From positions 1 through 24,159 of the IMG/VR virus record IMGVR_UViG_3300031519_008241: 24,159 nucleotides of DNA. One strand, 5' to 3'. The translations under genes and the position numbers were made by a program. This DNA is from a virus (Duplodnaviria > Caudoviricetes). How positions within the stretch are numbered: position 1 is the stretch's first letter; every line of letters starts with the position of its first letter. Positions 6,653 through 14,336 of this stretch are shown piece after piece. Under the pieces are notes generated by a model. The model had not been told where the DNA came from and searched no databases. It saw only the letters and a program-made list of their open reading frames with translations.

Positions 6653-8872
6653 TTAGACAGTACCTTCGTCGTAGTTACGTTCAAGAGCCGCGATAAGTGA
6701 AACAATGTTTGACTTAGAACGGTTAATTGTACCAGCAGAGGATACGTACTGAGCTTCATTCAACCCAAGTGCTACAACAATAACAGGTGCAGGAGTAGAA
6801 GCAGAACCTGCCCCACGCTGAACGTTACCATCATAATCATATGAGAAGGTAGCAGAAACTCGCTTAGTTGGCCAAGAAGGGTTTACTAAGCCTGAGATAT
6901 CAGTACTATCTTTATCCTGTACTACAACAGCCAATGGCGTATTGTAGTTTTTTCCGGTTGGAACAGTAGCAGCCAAATCATTTTCGAAGAATACGAAGAA
7001 CTTAGCAAACTGATCATCCTGCAACGTAGCACCAAAGTTGACGTTAAGCGTTGCTAAGAAGTTGAATGTTCGAGTTCCGTCCTGGGCATCTACGAATTCA
7101 ATAGCGTTAGTGTCTGCTTCCGCAAAACTATCAATATATACACCTGATGCGGTTACAAGAGTGTCACCAACAAATCGGAGTAAGCTATCCCCAGTTTTAC
7201 CGACAACAGTACCACCAGCATCGGCATCGATATCGCTATTTTGACGTAAGAAGTACTGTACTTTTTCATATATATCTACAGTAGTATTTACACCGCCAGC
7301 GCCTTCACCAGCAACGTTAGTATCTCCATCAATGATTACAGTAAACGGATAGTTAGTACCTGCAATTTCACGTGAGCCTGCAAATACTTCCCAGTTAGTA
7401 GCATCACTTGGAGGAGCAGTAGCAGTATTGACACCAGTCTTATTGATGTACCACTCACCTGCTTCTTGGATAACATCACCAATTGCATAGTCGCCAGCCC
7501 CAGTACTGTGTGCAACGCCTGAGATCTTATCGTTAGTAACCAAATCACCACTTGCATCACGAACATAAGTGATAGTTGTAAGATCATACGAAGGACGAAC
7601 AGCAGAACCACCGGTATCAGTACTGCTATTAGCAGTTGCTACTGTAGGGGTCATAGTAAAGGTTGTATCACTAGGAACCGACAGAATTGCCGTAGTAGTT
7701 TCGTTGAAATCAGTCTCAGTGGTAAAACCAGTAATAGTCAAAATCTCACCAATAACTAGACCGTGTGCAGTACCCGTAGTATAAGTATGAATAGTACCGT
7801 CAGAAGAAGCACTAACACTAACACCCCCAGAAAGGAAGCCTTCCAAATGAGGCACTTTCAAGTCCGCCTGAGTCGTAAGAGGGAATCGGTATGCTTGATA
7901 AGTTACTGAGGATACACCGATATCACTAAAGCGCGAAGTACCGTACGTAGACTGCCACTCACGAACAAACAACTTCAGAATATTAGTTGCACCTGTTTGA
8001 TCCCGATAATCCGCTCCACCATTTGCGTACATTTGAACTGCTTGATTAACCGCACCAAACTGTTTAAAGTTAAAGGTATTGGTAGTAGAAGTTTCATCTT
8101 GTACTTGCTGATAATATACTTGGTCACTTGACCCAAGAATACCAAGAGAGATAATGGAAGACCATTCTTCTTGAATCACGTTAGAAGTATCTTTAACAGA
8201 CCAACCACCATCACGAATTAATTCAATAGTAGTAGCATTAACAGTACCGGAAGTTTCAACTTTATCCCAGTTCCATCCGTTGATCATCTCGAACTGCTCG
8301 TCCGTAATTGGACCCATTGGGAAAGGAAACTTGATCAAGAGTGCATCTGACTGCCAAGCATCTTTGAGAGATGAGTAGACGGCTTTCAAAGAAGCCCCAT
8401 CATCGCCTAAGTTACCTTGAACAACCAAACCAATTTTCTTGAGATCCCAGTCAATAATAATTTCGTCAGCAGTAATAGCCGCAGAAATATTATTCGTAGC
8501 AGTAGTTAAGTCAAAGCTGGTGCCTGCTTGAGAAGCGCCACCCGTTACAGCAGATTGCGTAAGAGTTGCCAATGCGGCAGTATTTGCCCCACCAACTGTA
8601 GTTACTGTAAAGCCAGTAACAGCCCCAGTACTTACAGAAGTAACAGTTACTTTAGAGCCGTCTGATAGTTCAATTACATTATCTACGACATAGCCACTGC
8701 CTGCTGTAAAAGTGCCATTACTGCCTACGTCATCATAGTCAATAGCGGCTGTTTGTCCATTAATAATATCGCCGCCAATACTGGATGCGATAGGAGTAGA
8801 TACTGTCGGTACGTGTACTGACAATTGATCCGGATCCTTCTGGACGTTAGAAGTTTGAAAGAAATTAGCCAT
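6653..8872 (-). CDS. putative major fibre/structural protein (739 aa), multidomain, T/S/G/A-rich
   Basis: AGGAG RBS. Contains DPDQL N-motif, YSSLKDAW...FPFPM...NGW domain, FCCH-like barrel (HGLVIGEILTITG), CBM5/12-like module (YAIGDVI..GEWY...PP.DATNW) and C-terminal ERNYDEGTV. Confidence 0.8.
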   Translation of the reverse strand: MANFFQTSNVQKDPDQLSVHVPTVSTPIASSIGGDIINGQTAAIDYDDVGSNGTFTAGSGYVVDNVIELSDGSKVTVTSVSTGAVTGFTVTTVGGANTAALATLTQSAVTGGASQAGTSFDLTTATNNISAAITADEIIIDWDLKKIGLVVQGNLGDDGASLKAVYSSLKDAWQSDALLIKFPFPMGPITDEQFEMINGWNWDKVETSGTVNATTIELIRDGGWSVKDTSNVIQEEWSSIISLGILGSSDQVYYQQVQDETSTTNTFNFKQFGAVNQAVQMYANGGADYRDQTGATNILKLFVREWQSTYGTSRFSDIGVSSVTYQAYRFPLTTQADLKVPHLEGFLSGGVSVSASSDGTIHTYTTGTAHGLVIGEILTITGFTTETDFNETTTAILSVPSDTTFTMTPTVATANSSTDTGGSAVRPSYDLTTITYVRDASGDLVTNDKISGVAHSTGAGDYAIGDVIQEAGEWYINKTGVNTATAPPSDATNWEVFAGSREIAGTNYPFTVIIDGDTNVAGEGAGGVNTTVDIYEKVQYFLRQNSDIDADAGGTVVGKTGDSLLRFVGDTLVTASGVYIDSFAEADTNAIEFVDAQDGTRTFNFLATLNVNFGATLQDDQFAKFFVFFENDLAATVPTGKNYNTPLAVVVQDKDSTDISGLVNPSWPTKRVSATFSYDYDGNVQRGAGSASTPAPVIVVALGLNEAQYVSSAGTINRSKSNIVSLIAALERNYDEGTV

Positions 8873-8957
8873 TTAGTTTTTCTCCTAATAGCTTGCCCTA
8901 AGTCTAGGACATTATAATATATACTTTTTAATAAGTATATCTAAGTAGCCTCGACTG

Positions 8958-10631
8958 TTAGACCGTTCCCGAATCATATTGCCTGTCAGAACTCTGAAAG
9001 AGCGATATAGTCGTATCCGCACTAGCAGTCAAAACTTTTTGAACTCGAAAGAATTCAAAATTTAAATTATGTGCTACAATTACTACATTAATATCTCCTC
9101 CGGAGGTATCATATGAGCTTGTAACTTTATACTTTCCAGCATTTGCTGGATCTGTTACTATACTGTCAAATGTGCTAGTGTCGGGGGTAGCCCCAACTCT
9201 TTCAGCTCCTACTAATTCCGTATAAGTTAAAGGATTATTTAAATCAGTATAACTATAGACTCTTAACTCAGTGTCATCTTCGATATTATCAATAACCAGT
9301 GCTTTTGCTGCGACAAAAACTACAGAAGAGCCAGCACCCACATTAGTTACAGTAGGTGTATTACTAGCACCATTCAAAGCAACTGTAATTTCAAAACCAC
9401 TTGTATTTCTTATAGCGGCACTAGTAGACCCATTAGCCCCAAAAGTAGTATTATCAAATACTATATTTGTAAAAGTAATCGAGGTATCGGCAGTATAAGT
9501 AGTAGCTGTAAATTCAAAAGCGTGACCAGAGCCTACATTAATTATATTACAGTTATTTATTCCAGTAGTGGTTCCGAAAGCAGCATCTGTAATCATGGCT
9601 ACTGCAGAAGCGGAGCGGGGTCGTATATCTGAACTTTCTATCGAGCCTCCCCCTAACGTAAGGGCTATTGCATCTACTGTGCCTCCTGTAATTTCTACGC
9701 TACTATTCATAGTAATAGCTCTAAGCCCTAGCAAAGCAGAGGAGGTAACTGTTGCTGACCCTGTAGTACCTGTAAAAATTAAGTCAGGTCTATTAGTAGC
9801 AGTAGATACTGCTGAAGACTGAAAATTGCAGTTAGTCATACTAAAAGTAGTAGAAGCATTTCCCAAGTTTACTGTCCAACCAAGCCAAGTACTAACAATA
9901 GCTGCTTGATCCACGTGAATAAAAGTTTTATCTGATTCTGAAAAAGTTGTTGCAATTGCAGTACCTGCAGTAGCTCCTTCTCCAATTGTAAGTCGACAGT
10001 AAAATAAATCTGCTCCTGCTTGAGTTACTAATAAACCTTTATATCCGTTAGTTTTGTTAGATTCCGTAGTTCGAATAAAGGCTATAGTATTATCTGTAGT
10101 TCCATTAATATAAAATGGAGAGGCTTCAGTACCTACAAATGTAATAAAATTATCTAGAAAGGTATTAGGTTTATTACCAGATCCGGCATCGTTATTACTT
10201 ACTCGAAACCCTATGGCTTCGACATTACTAGTAGTAATAGTTCCTGATAGTGAGGGTACGTCACACCAAATAGGAGTATAACCTCCCGTAGCCGGATAGA
10301 AAGACCCTAAATTAGCAATGCCGTCATTGGTACCGTCATGGATTAAGACATCATAAGAAGTAAGAGTAGTACCTACAGAGGTATTTAACCAGTAGAGAGT
10401 AGCGCTACCAGAGCTTGATAAATCTCTGATAGCATTATTGCTCGCACCTACGGCTTGAATAAAGTTAGCTGCACTGTCAAAACGAGTTTCGATACAACCA
10501 GTACCTTGCAATTCAAATCCATCCGCTACGTTGACGGCTATAGTATTACCCCCTCCAGGGGTATACTCAAGGGTGCCAACATTGACGGCATCCATGTTAT
10601 TGAATACTGTGGTACGTGTACCGAAAGCCAT
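8958..10631 (-). CDS. putative fibre tip/receptor-binding protein (557 aa): beta-sandwich, beta-helix-like region, C-terminal Ig-like module
   Basis: T/S/N/G-rich; beta-helix-like stretches (FSMTNCNF, GINNCNI, FTNIVF); ends DRQYDSGTV. Confidence 0.7.
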   Translation of the reverse strand: MAFGTRTTVFNNMDAVNVGTLEYTPGGGNTIAVNVADGFELQGTGCIETRFDSAANFIQAVGASNNAIRDLSSSGSATLYWLNTSVGTTLTSYDVLIHDGTNDGIANLGSFYPATGGYTPIWCDVPSLSGTITTSNVEAIGFRVSNNDAGSGNKPNTFLDNFITFVGTEASPFYINGTTDNTIAFIRTTESNKTNGYKGLLVTQAGADLFYCRLTIGEGATAGTAIATTFSESDKTFIHVDQAAIVSTWLGWTVNLGNASTTFSMTNCNFQSSAVSTATNRPDLIFTGTTGSATVTSSALLGLRAITMNSSVEITGGTVDAIALTLGGGSIESSDIRPRSASAVAMITDAAFGTTTGINNCNIINVGSGHAFEFTATTYTADTSITFTNIVFDNTTFGANGSTSAAIRNTSGFEITVALNGASNTPTVTNVGAGSSVVFVAAKALVIDNIEDDTELRVYSYTDLNNPLTYTELVGAERVGATPDTSTFDSIVTDPANAGKYKVTSSYDTSGGDINVVIVAHNLNFEFFRVQKVLTASADTTISLFQSSDRQYDSGTV

Positions 10632-11011
10632 TAAGGATTAGCTCTGGTAACATCCTTGACTACTTTAACTTTTCCAATAAGTAGAGTTTGAACATTTCCC
10701 GAATCATCAACTTGTTGAATATCATAGTTATAGGTTTTAGCCTCTAACGGGCCTGTAAGGGCGCGGGCCGCATTAAGATAAACAATCCCTACGGTAGCAC
10801 TTGGCCCTACAGGAACGACAGAAACTTGAAGATCTCCCGGGTCGGGATCATCAATATTCGCTTTTAGAGTGAGAGTGTAAGTATAGTTTGTTACATCCGT
10901 AATAGTGCCGTCAGAGCTGATTACTAATTTAATAGTCCAATCGTCTCCGCGCACTAAAGGATTTAAATCTTTTGCTGTATATGACATAGTAGGTTCACGG
11001 TGCCTGGCCAA
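10631..11011 (-). CDS. T5 p132/LtfC- or BppU-like fibre-anchoring collar protein
   Basis: Pattern RGDDW..DVTNY....K...D...G......YDIQ....G.V.TLL.GKV.V..DVT is typical of this Ig-like family. Start is either TTG 11011 or ATG 10987. Confidence 0.7.
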   Translation of the reverse strand: MARHREPTMSYTAKDLNPLVRGDDWTIKLVISSDGTITDVTNYTYTLTLKANIDDPDPGDLQVSVVPVGPSATVGIVYLNAARALTGPLEAKTYNYDIQQVDDSGNVQTLLIGKVKVVKDVTRANP

Positions 11012-11044
11012 TAATTGTTAGCCTAGTAAAACATTTCTGAACAA

Positions 11045-11073
11045 ATTATAGCAAGTGTCACCTACTATGTCAA
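11045..11073 (-). promoter_or_regulatory. sigma70 promoter driving the fibre operon (TTGACA-17-TATAAT, extended -10 TGn)
   Basis: Minus strand reads TTCTTGACAtagtaggtgacactTGcTATAAT. Confidence 0.88.
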
Positions 11074-11081
11074 GAACTATT

Positions 11082-11106
11082 TTTTGAAAGGTGAATCCCT
11101 TCAAAA
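11082..11106. terminator. hairpin, possible terminator between the mazG-like gene and the fibre operon
   Basis: Imperfect inverted repeat TTTTGAAAGG-tgaat-CCCTTCAAAA. Confidence 0.4.
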
Positions 11107-11125
11107 GGGGGGTTACTGACAATTT

Positions 11126-11509
11126 TTAAAAGTCTAAAACATACTCCAAGTTAGGTTTAAAGAACTTTGGACCTTTTAGTACTTTTCCATCAGATCTATA
11201 GACAGGCTGGCCGTCTTCTCCGAGTTTGCTCATATTACTGGCATGCACTTCTGCAAAACAACAGTCTAAATCAAGGCCAAAGGAGTGTCCTGCCCCATAT
11301 ACAACATATAAAAGATCTGTAAGAGCATCAGCAACTTCCACAATATCCATAGCCGCAAGCGCATCTTTAAATTCTTCTAGCTCCTCAGCTATTAATTCAA
11401 CTCTTAGCTGTTGAATTTCTTCGCTAGGCATTTCAGGAATATCTTTTATTTCCTGCCCAAATACTTGCATAAAATCTCCTACAAGTTCGAAATTAGTACC
11501 ATTTGACAT
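11126..11509 (-). CDS. MazG-superfamily (PRA-PH-like) NTP pyrophosphohydrolase
   Basis: LIAEELEEF...EVADALTDLLYVVYG...EVHASNMSK...DGKVLKGP. True start is ATG 11509 after GGAG. Confidence 0.92.
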   Translation of the reverse strand: MSNGTNFELVGDFMQVFGQEIKDIPEMPSEEIQQLRVELIAEELEEFKDALAAMDIVEVADALTDLLYVVYGAGHSFGLDLDCCFAEVHASNMSKLGEDGQPVYRSDGKVLKGPKFFKPNLEYVLDF

Positions 11510-11702
11510 TGTCGTTAACTCCTTGTCTTTTTTTCTCTCGTTTAATTGCTGCCTTGCGAGAAAGGTGTTTATGAGTACTTGGTTTCTCATAAAACTCTTT
11601 TGATTTATAGTCCCAAATCAGCTCAGCGCTTTTTCGTTTAAATATCTTTAATGCTCTTTCAACATTATTATTTTTTACAGTAACTTTCAACTTATTCCTC
11701 AA
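11493..11702 (-). CDS. rpsU: 30S ribosomal protein bS21
   Basis: VTVKNNNVERALKIFKRK...KEFYEKPS..K...RKAAIKR is the bS21 signature. Confidence 0.9.
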   Translation of the reverse strand: MRNKLKVTVKNNNVERALKIFKRKSAELIWDYKSKEFYEKPSTHKHLSRKAAIKREKKRQGVNDNVKWY

Positions 11703-12186
11703 TCTTCCTATCTACATAAAAGATATGGTTGCCTATCTTATTAGATACTACCATATCTTTTGTCCAAATAGGAGCTTTTATATAATCAGCATGGTACCAA
11801 AGAGCTCCATCAGTTTCGTCCCACATTAGACGATTAGCATAAAATAGTTTCCATGCTATTGATAGAGCTGCTCCATATGCTCCATGGTCATTAATACTTT
11901 TGCGCTTTCCGCAGTACCAAGTAAATTGGCATTTTCTTTTGTATTTTTGAGTAACCACCCCACAGATAGTATTGGGGAATCTTTCCGAAGCTACTCTATT
12001 AATAGTAACATATCCCACTGCTACCCTACCCGCTACACTTTGATTTCTACTTTCAAAGTAAATATTATTCGCCAAGCAGTATATCTCATTAGTGTCTTTT
12101 GGGCTCATGTATACTTGAGAGGCTGATGAATACGCAACGGCGGAAATTGCTATTAAGCTTGCTACTATACTTTTACGAAAAACCAT
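11692..12186 (-). CDS. SleB-like cell wall hydrolase (Hydrolase_2)
   Basis: CLANNIYFESR, NRV...FPNTICGVV.Q, CQFTW, GALWYHA, IGNHIFY; N-terminal signal-like segment. Confidence 0.93.
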   Translation of the reverse strand: MVFRKSIVASLIAISAVAYSSASQVYMSPKDTNEIYCLANNIYFESRNQSVAGRVAVGYVTINRVASERFPNTICGVVTQKYKRKCQFTWYCGKRKSINDHGAYGAALSIAWKLFYANRLMWDETDGALWYHADYIKAPIWTKDMVVSNKIGNHIFYVDRKIEE

Positions 12187-12341
12187 CCTCTATCCTTTAA
12201 GTACTTAGTCTGCTTTACGCATGCATTATAAGATCTATCTGGAAAGTTCCTCTCAAGTTCTTCTCTAGAACTTTGATGGTATATCTTACTCAGTAGCTTA
12301 CGTTCGTCATGAGTCCATGGTCTTTTTTTATATTTTTTCAT
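12165..12341 (-). CDS. small Myb/SANT-like HTH protein (58 aa, MKKYKKRPWTHDERKLL...FPDRSYNACVKQTKYLK)
   Basis: Hand-translated; WTxxE...PxRS pattern; first gene after the leftward promoter, with an AAGG RBS. Confidence 0.7.
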   Translation of the reverse strand: MKKYKKRPWTHDERKLLSKIYHQSSREELERNFPDRSYNACVKQTKYLKDRGWFFVKV

Positions 12342-12371
12342 AAAAACCTTTCATGGCTATATTTAATATGT

Positions 12372-12400
12372 AGTATATATCATTCCACCTGAAAAGTCAA
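12372..12400 (-). promoter_or_regulatory. sigma70 promoter TTGACT-17-TATACT (leftward member of a divergent pair)
   Basis: + strand shows agtata 12372-12377 and agtcaa 12395-12400. Confidence 0.8.
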
Positions 12401-12430
12401 GAAGAATTTTTAGCTAACGAAAAATTTTTC

Positions 12431-12459
12431 TTGACTTTCAGATTGTATTCTTGTATAAT
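12431..12459 (+). promoter_or_regulatory. sigma70 promoter TTGACT-17-TATAAT (rightward member of a divergent pair)
   Basis: TTGACT 12431-12436 and TATAAT 12454-12459. Confidence 0.88.
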
Positions 12460-12496
12460 AGTATAAATTCACAAGAGTAAAGCTCGGAGATAGGGT

Positions 12497-12652
12497 ATGG
12501 TTTTTGGTATCGATATAATTATTTTCCTCTTTTGCTTAATCGGCTGCGGTATTACTACCTGGAGCTTAGGGCATAAAGATGGGGTAGAAGATGCCGTTCA
12601 ATATTTTATCGACAATGGTACTATCGATGTGGATGAAGATATAGAAGACTGA
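12497..12652 (+). CDS. small membrane protein with acidic tail (51 aa)
   Basis: Hand-translated MVFGIDIIIFLFCLIGCG...DEDIED; GGAG RBS. Confidence 0.65.
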   Translation: MVFGIDIIIFLFCLIGCGITTWSLGHKDGVEDAVQYFIDNGTIDVDEDIED

Positions 12653-12684
12653 TACGTCTATAACTATCAAAATAATATAACTAT

Positions 12685-12721
12685 TGAGTACCGAAAGGGC
12701 TCAGGCCTAGCGAAAGCAGGC
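12685..12721 (+). promoter_or_regulatory. tandem GAAA-tetraloop hairpins in the hsp20 leader
   Basis: TGAGT(A)CC-GAAA-GGGCTCA and GCCT(A)GC-GAAA-GCAGGC. Confidence 0.6.
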
Positions 12722-12747
12722 TAAGATCATAAAATGAGGAGACATTT

Positions 12748-13176
12748 ATGACAAATTCAAGATTAGGTATGGCAGACTTAAACAAAGTATTGTTTGGTTT
12801 TGACCGCTTCATGAACAACACGGCACTGTTCCAAGAGAACTTTGATGGTACTTATCCTAGATTTAACATTTTATCCAATACGGAAAGTGGTAATAAAAGG
12901 ATTGAGATTGCTGTGCCCGGATGGAATAAGGCGGATATCGACATATTCCTTCACGAGGGCGTTCTAACTGTAGAGGGGAAGAAAAAGTTAGATACTAAAG
13001 AAGACAATGAAACATATGTATACAAGGGCTTAAGTGGTAAAGCGTTTAAACGAGTCTTTGGTGTTCCTGAACACGTTCATGTAGTTTCCGCTTATTGTGA
13101 GCGGGGCCTGCTTTGCATTGATTTGCATGAAGAAGTCCCTGAAGCATTGCAACCAAAGAAGATTGCAATTAATTAG
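12748..13176 (+). CDS. small heat shock protein Hsp20 (IbpA-like)
   Basis: FGFDRF, YPRFNI, IEIAVPGW, YKGLSGKAFKRVF, GLLCIDL, PKKIAI; GAGGAG RBS. Confidence 0.93.
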   Translation: MTNSRLGMADLNKVLFGFDRFMNNTALFQENFDGTYPRFNILSNTESGNKRIEIAVPGWNKADIDIFLHEGVLTVEGKKKLDTKEDNETYVYKGLSGKAFKRVFGVPEHVHVVSAYCERGLLCIDLHEEVPEALQPKKIAIN

Positions 13177-13186
13177 GAGAAGACGT

Positions 13187-13297
13187 GTGAGAAATATTAA
13201 CAAGGCTGAAATGGTAGAGCTTACGGCTACAATCGTAACTGTGCTATTAGTTCCTGTAGGTTTAATAGGACTTATCTTTACGCCCTTAGGGCTGTAA
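13187..13297 (+). CDS. small single-TM protein (36 aa)
   Basis: AGGAG RBS before GTG 13187; hydrophobic helix. Confidence 0.55.
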   Translation: MRNINKAEMVELTATIVTVLLVPVGLIGLIFTPLGL

Positions 13298-13306
13298 GGT
13301 AGAGAT

Positions 13307-13330
13307 GGGGGGCTTAGGTCCCCCTATTTT
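13307..13330 (+). terminator. intrinsic terminator
   Basis: GGGGGGC-TTAG-GTCCCCC followed by TATTTT. Confidence 0.7.
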
Positions 13331-13342
13331 AAGGTAAATAAT

Positions 13343-13720
13343 ATGGCATTTCAGCTTTTAGGGGGATTATTATCCTCTGTAGCGGGGTTAGGGCAAACTT
13401 ATTTAGAAGGTAAGAATGCTGTGAGTAAGGCTAAATCTGAAGCAAAGGCAGCAGTCATAGTCAAAGCAGCCGAAAGTGAAGCAGACTGGGAAAGGATCAT
13501 GGCGGAGAATAGTGGCCAATCTTGGAAAGATGAGTGGTTAACTCTCCTGTTTAGTATTCCTTTAATTATGGCCTTCCTTCCTAGTATGGTGCCTTATGTG
13601 AAAGAAGGTTTTGTAGTTTTAGAAACAATGCCAGATTGGTATCAGTATACTTTAAGTGTTATAGTTGCTGCATCCTTTGGTGTAAGATCAGCAGTAGGGT
13701 TTATGAAGGCAAAAAAGTAG
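13343..13720 (+). CDS. putative holin
   Basis: SWKDEW...TM...PDWYQY...ASFG pattern with a basic C-terminus, directly upstream of the lysozyme. Confidence 0.75.
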   Translation: MAFQLLGGLLSSVAGLGQTYLEGKNAVSKAKSEAKAAVIVKAAESEADWERIMAENSGQSWKDEWLTLLFSIPLIMAFLPSMVPYVKEGFVVLETMPDWYQYTLSVIVAASFGVRSAVGFMKAKK

Positions 13721-13722
13721 AT

Positions 13723-14184
13723 ATGTACTACGATAAAACTTTAAATATAGATAAATTAGAACAACAATTAAAGATTGATGAAGGAGTACGATATGAGGTC
13801 TATCTTGACCATCTTGGGTATCCTACTTTTGGTATCGGTCATCTTATTCGCGAAAATGATCCGGAATACGGGTCGCCTGCTGGTACAAAAATATCAGAAG
13901 AGCGCGTTGCGGAGATATTTCGAGTAGATATAGTCAGCGTTTTAAACGATTGCGATATACTATACGACAATATTTGGGAAGATTTCCCTGCAGAAGTAAA
14001 AGAGATTTGTGCGAATATGATGTTCAATATGGGACGCACTCGCTTAACTAAATTTCAGAATATGAGATTAGCCCTCGCAGCGGGGTCATGGAAACTTGCG
14101 GCTCTAGAAATGCAAGATAGTAAATGGTATTACCAAGTAGGAGACCGCTCCAAAAGACTGGTAGCTCGAATGAACAGCGTATAG
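13723..14184 (+). CDS. endolysin, T4-type lysozyme (GH24)
   Basis: LKIDEGVRYEVYLDHLGYPTFGIGHL carries the E-x8-D-x5-T triad; also NMMFNMG and SKWYYQV..R..R. Start reassigned to ATG 13723. Confidence 0.93.
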   Translation: MYYDKTLNIDKLEQQLKIDEGVRYEVYLDHLGYPTFGIGHLIRENDPEYGSPAGTKISEERVAEIFRVDIVSVLNDCDILYDNIWEDFPAEVKEICANMMFNMGRTRLTKFQNMRLALAAGSWKLAALEMQDSKWYYQVGDRSKRLVARMNSV

Positions 14185-14336
14185 TGTACTTATGCGTATG
14201 TAATAAAATAACTGAAAAAATGCTAGAAGAGAACTCCTCTCTAGCCCATAAAATAGGGAGTAAGTGCGGAATATGCGTGAAAGATCAAAAAATAGTAGCG
14301 GGACAGATAACGTATCTAAGAGCTCCGAAAAGCTAG
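14184..14336 (+). CDS. bfd: Bfd-like [2Fe-2S] ferredoxin (50 aa)
   Basis: GTG overlaps the lysozyme stop; MYLCVCNKITE...GSKCGIC gives the C-x-C...C-x2-C motif. Confidence 0.75.
   Translation: MYLCVCNKITEKMLEENSSLAHKIGSKCGICVKDQKIVAGQITYLRAPKS

Noticed and set aside
8895-8945. Possible internal promoter upstream of the 739-aa gene (TATAAT at 8911-8916, minus strand) with AT-rich inverted repeats
   Set aside because: No -35 at a suitable spacing, unlike the other promoters here; the inverted repeats are weak.
2537-9822. Plus-strand ORFs within the fibre operon (2537, 2539, 5656, 7038, 7569, 9271, 9568) and the minus-strand 7336-7611 ORF
   Set aside because: Antisense or off-frame shadows of long genes, with no recognisable motifs.
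11080-11115. Possible attR copy of the tRNA 3' end (gaatcccttcaaaagggg vs aaatccttgaaggccc)
   Set aside because: Similarity is too weak, a local hairpin explains it better, and no integrase is present.
11510-11590. N-terminal extension of the MazG/PRA-PH ORF
   Set aside because: It overlaps rpsU; ATG 11509 has a GGAG RBS.
13636-13722. N-terminal extension of the lysozyme (possible SAR or dual start)
   Set aside because: It lies within the holin gene, has no RBS and is not a hydrophobic anchor.
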